DNA of 64,000 nt, taken from the NCBI GenBank assembly GCA_000004985.1, contig GG738884.1; one strand, 5' to 3'. This stretch comes from Naegleria gruberi (taxonomy: Eukaryota). The translations under genes were made by a program, and so were the position numbers. The notes beneath the pieces were generated by a model, which saw only the letters and a list, made by a program, of their open reading frames with translations, was not told the origin of the DNA and searched no databases. Positions 63,283 through 64,000 of this stretch are shown here, piece after piece (the first letter of the stretch is position 1; every line of letters starts with the position of its first letter).

Positions 63283-64000
63283 TTAGTTTTTCAGAATTAT
63301 ACTCATGGTTTTTTGTGGATCATCAAATGGACATGCCAATACTTCACAACATCCAAGAGTTGAATCACTCATGTCGAGATCAGTCATTTCAAAAACATTT
63401 TCCTGTTTTTCATAGAGTGGTCTCATGTCTGGATTATCCTTGAATGCCAAGTGTCGAATCCAAAATGCTCTATCAAATCCTTTGAGTAGAATCCATTCAT
63501 TCTTATGATTGTGCTTAAAATCTGGATCCTTAGTTTCCAATTGTTTAACAAAGAGATCCAATTCGGAGTGAGTTAGGAATTTCTTGACCTTTTCCTTAAT
63601 GGAAAACTTTTCTCTAAAGGCAGGGTTTAGTTTAATTTCCATCTGGCATCTTCCATATTTACGCATATCTCGCATGTATTGTCCCATTGGACTGTCACTG
63701 TTGAGTAGATTTTCCAACACTTCTCTCTTTCCAATACTATCCAAAATGTCAAAGATGAAATCTTGGCAATTACCAGTATTCACATAATTTTTCAATGATT
63801 TGCTAGATTTCTTAGGTTTTTTAGATTTCTTCTTTCGTTTTCTCTCGCTATAAATCATGGTGGTATTCCATCGACAAATTACCTCGGAAAGTTTCTTTAC
63901 AATATCTTCCAAATCGTGAGCTGTCGTAATTTCTTCAATATCTGCTGAAAAGAAACTAGATTGAGAACTTAATTTACGTGGTATACATAGTGAGCTATCT
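63283..64000 (-). CDS. Hypothetical protein; the 5' end lies beyond the window end
   Basis: The ORF-track M at 63912 is a TTG. My translation upstream shows the same frame open to position 64000 (...SFFSADIEEITTAHDLEDIVKKLSEV...), so the gene continues past the window. Contains a KRKKKSKKPKK basic cluster and a YVNTGNCQDFIFDILDSIG segment of unknown family. Confidence 0.4.
   Translation of the reverse strand, partial: DSSLCIPRKLSSQSSFFSADIEEITTAHDLEDIVKKLSEVICRWNTTMIYSERKRKKKSKKPKKSSKSLKNYVNTGNCQDFIFDILDSIGKREVLENLLNSDSPMGQYMRDMRKYGRCQMEIKLNPAFREKFSIKEKVKKFLTHSELDLFVKQLETKDPDFKHNHKNEWILLKGFDRAFWIRHLAFKDNPDMRPLYEKQENVFEMTDLDMSDSTLGCCEVLACPFDDPQKTMSIILKN

Noticed and set aside
1-64000. Prokaryotic interpretation (operons, RBS, CRISPR arrays, phage or plasmid modules)
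   Set aside because: Spliceosomal introns with GT-AG boundaries, a eukaryotic-type cytosolic tRNA with Pol III T-run terminators, eS4, VPS35, Rab, BCAS3 and LONRF genes, and Q/N/T homopolymer tracts show this is eukaryotic nuclear DNA. No direct-repeat/spacer arrays were seen.

Overview
Eukaryotic nuclear DNA, roughly 65–70% A+T and gene-dense, at about one gene per 2 kb on both strands. Introns are short (46–200 nt) with GTAAGT, GTATGT, GTAGGT or GTACGT donors and YAG acceptors. A/T is strongly preferred at third codon positions, and many proteins carry Asn/Gln/Thr/Ser homopolymer tracts. These traits and the gene content (Rab32-family GTPase, GH20 beta-hexosaminidase, retromer VPS35, eS4, BCAS3-like, LONRF-like, a PAS-containing class III cyclase) fit an amoebozoan, dictyostelid-like protist; that assignment is inference only. 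I saw no prokaryotic operons, CRISPR arrays or rRNA genes. About 35 protein-coding genes, one tRNA-Val(AAC) and several short microsatellites can be supported. Several 'M' starts in the ORF track are TTG codons read as Met, so I moved starts to the first in-frame ATG where I could verify one. Intron boundaries come from conserved protein motifs plus canonical splice signals and could be off by a base or two. The points most worth a second look are: a 1728-aa membrane cyclase with an unusual architecture (two multi-TM blocks, a PAS domain and one adenylyl-type class III cyclase domain); a BCS1-like AAA ATPase gene broken by a single in-frame TAA inside its ATPase core; a 1.8-kb ORF-free divergent intergenic region with a GC-richer block and a perfect hairpin that may be an ncRNA; an eS4 gene whose first exon is only the ATG; an in-frame, stop-free 51-nt intron in the P450 I-helix; and a run of very tightly packed same-strand ORFs ending in a 56-bp head-to-head promoter.
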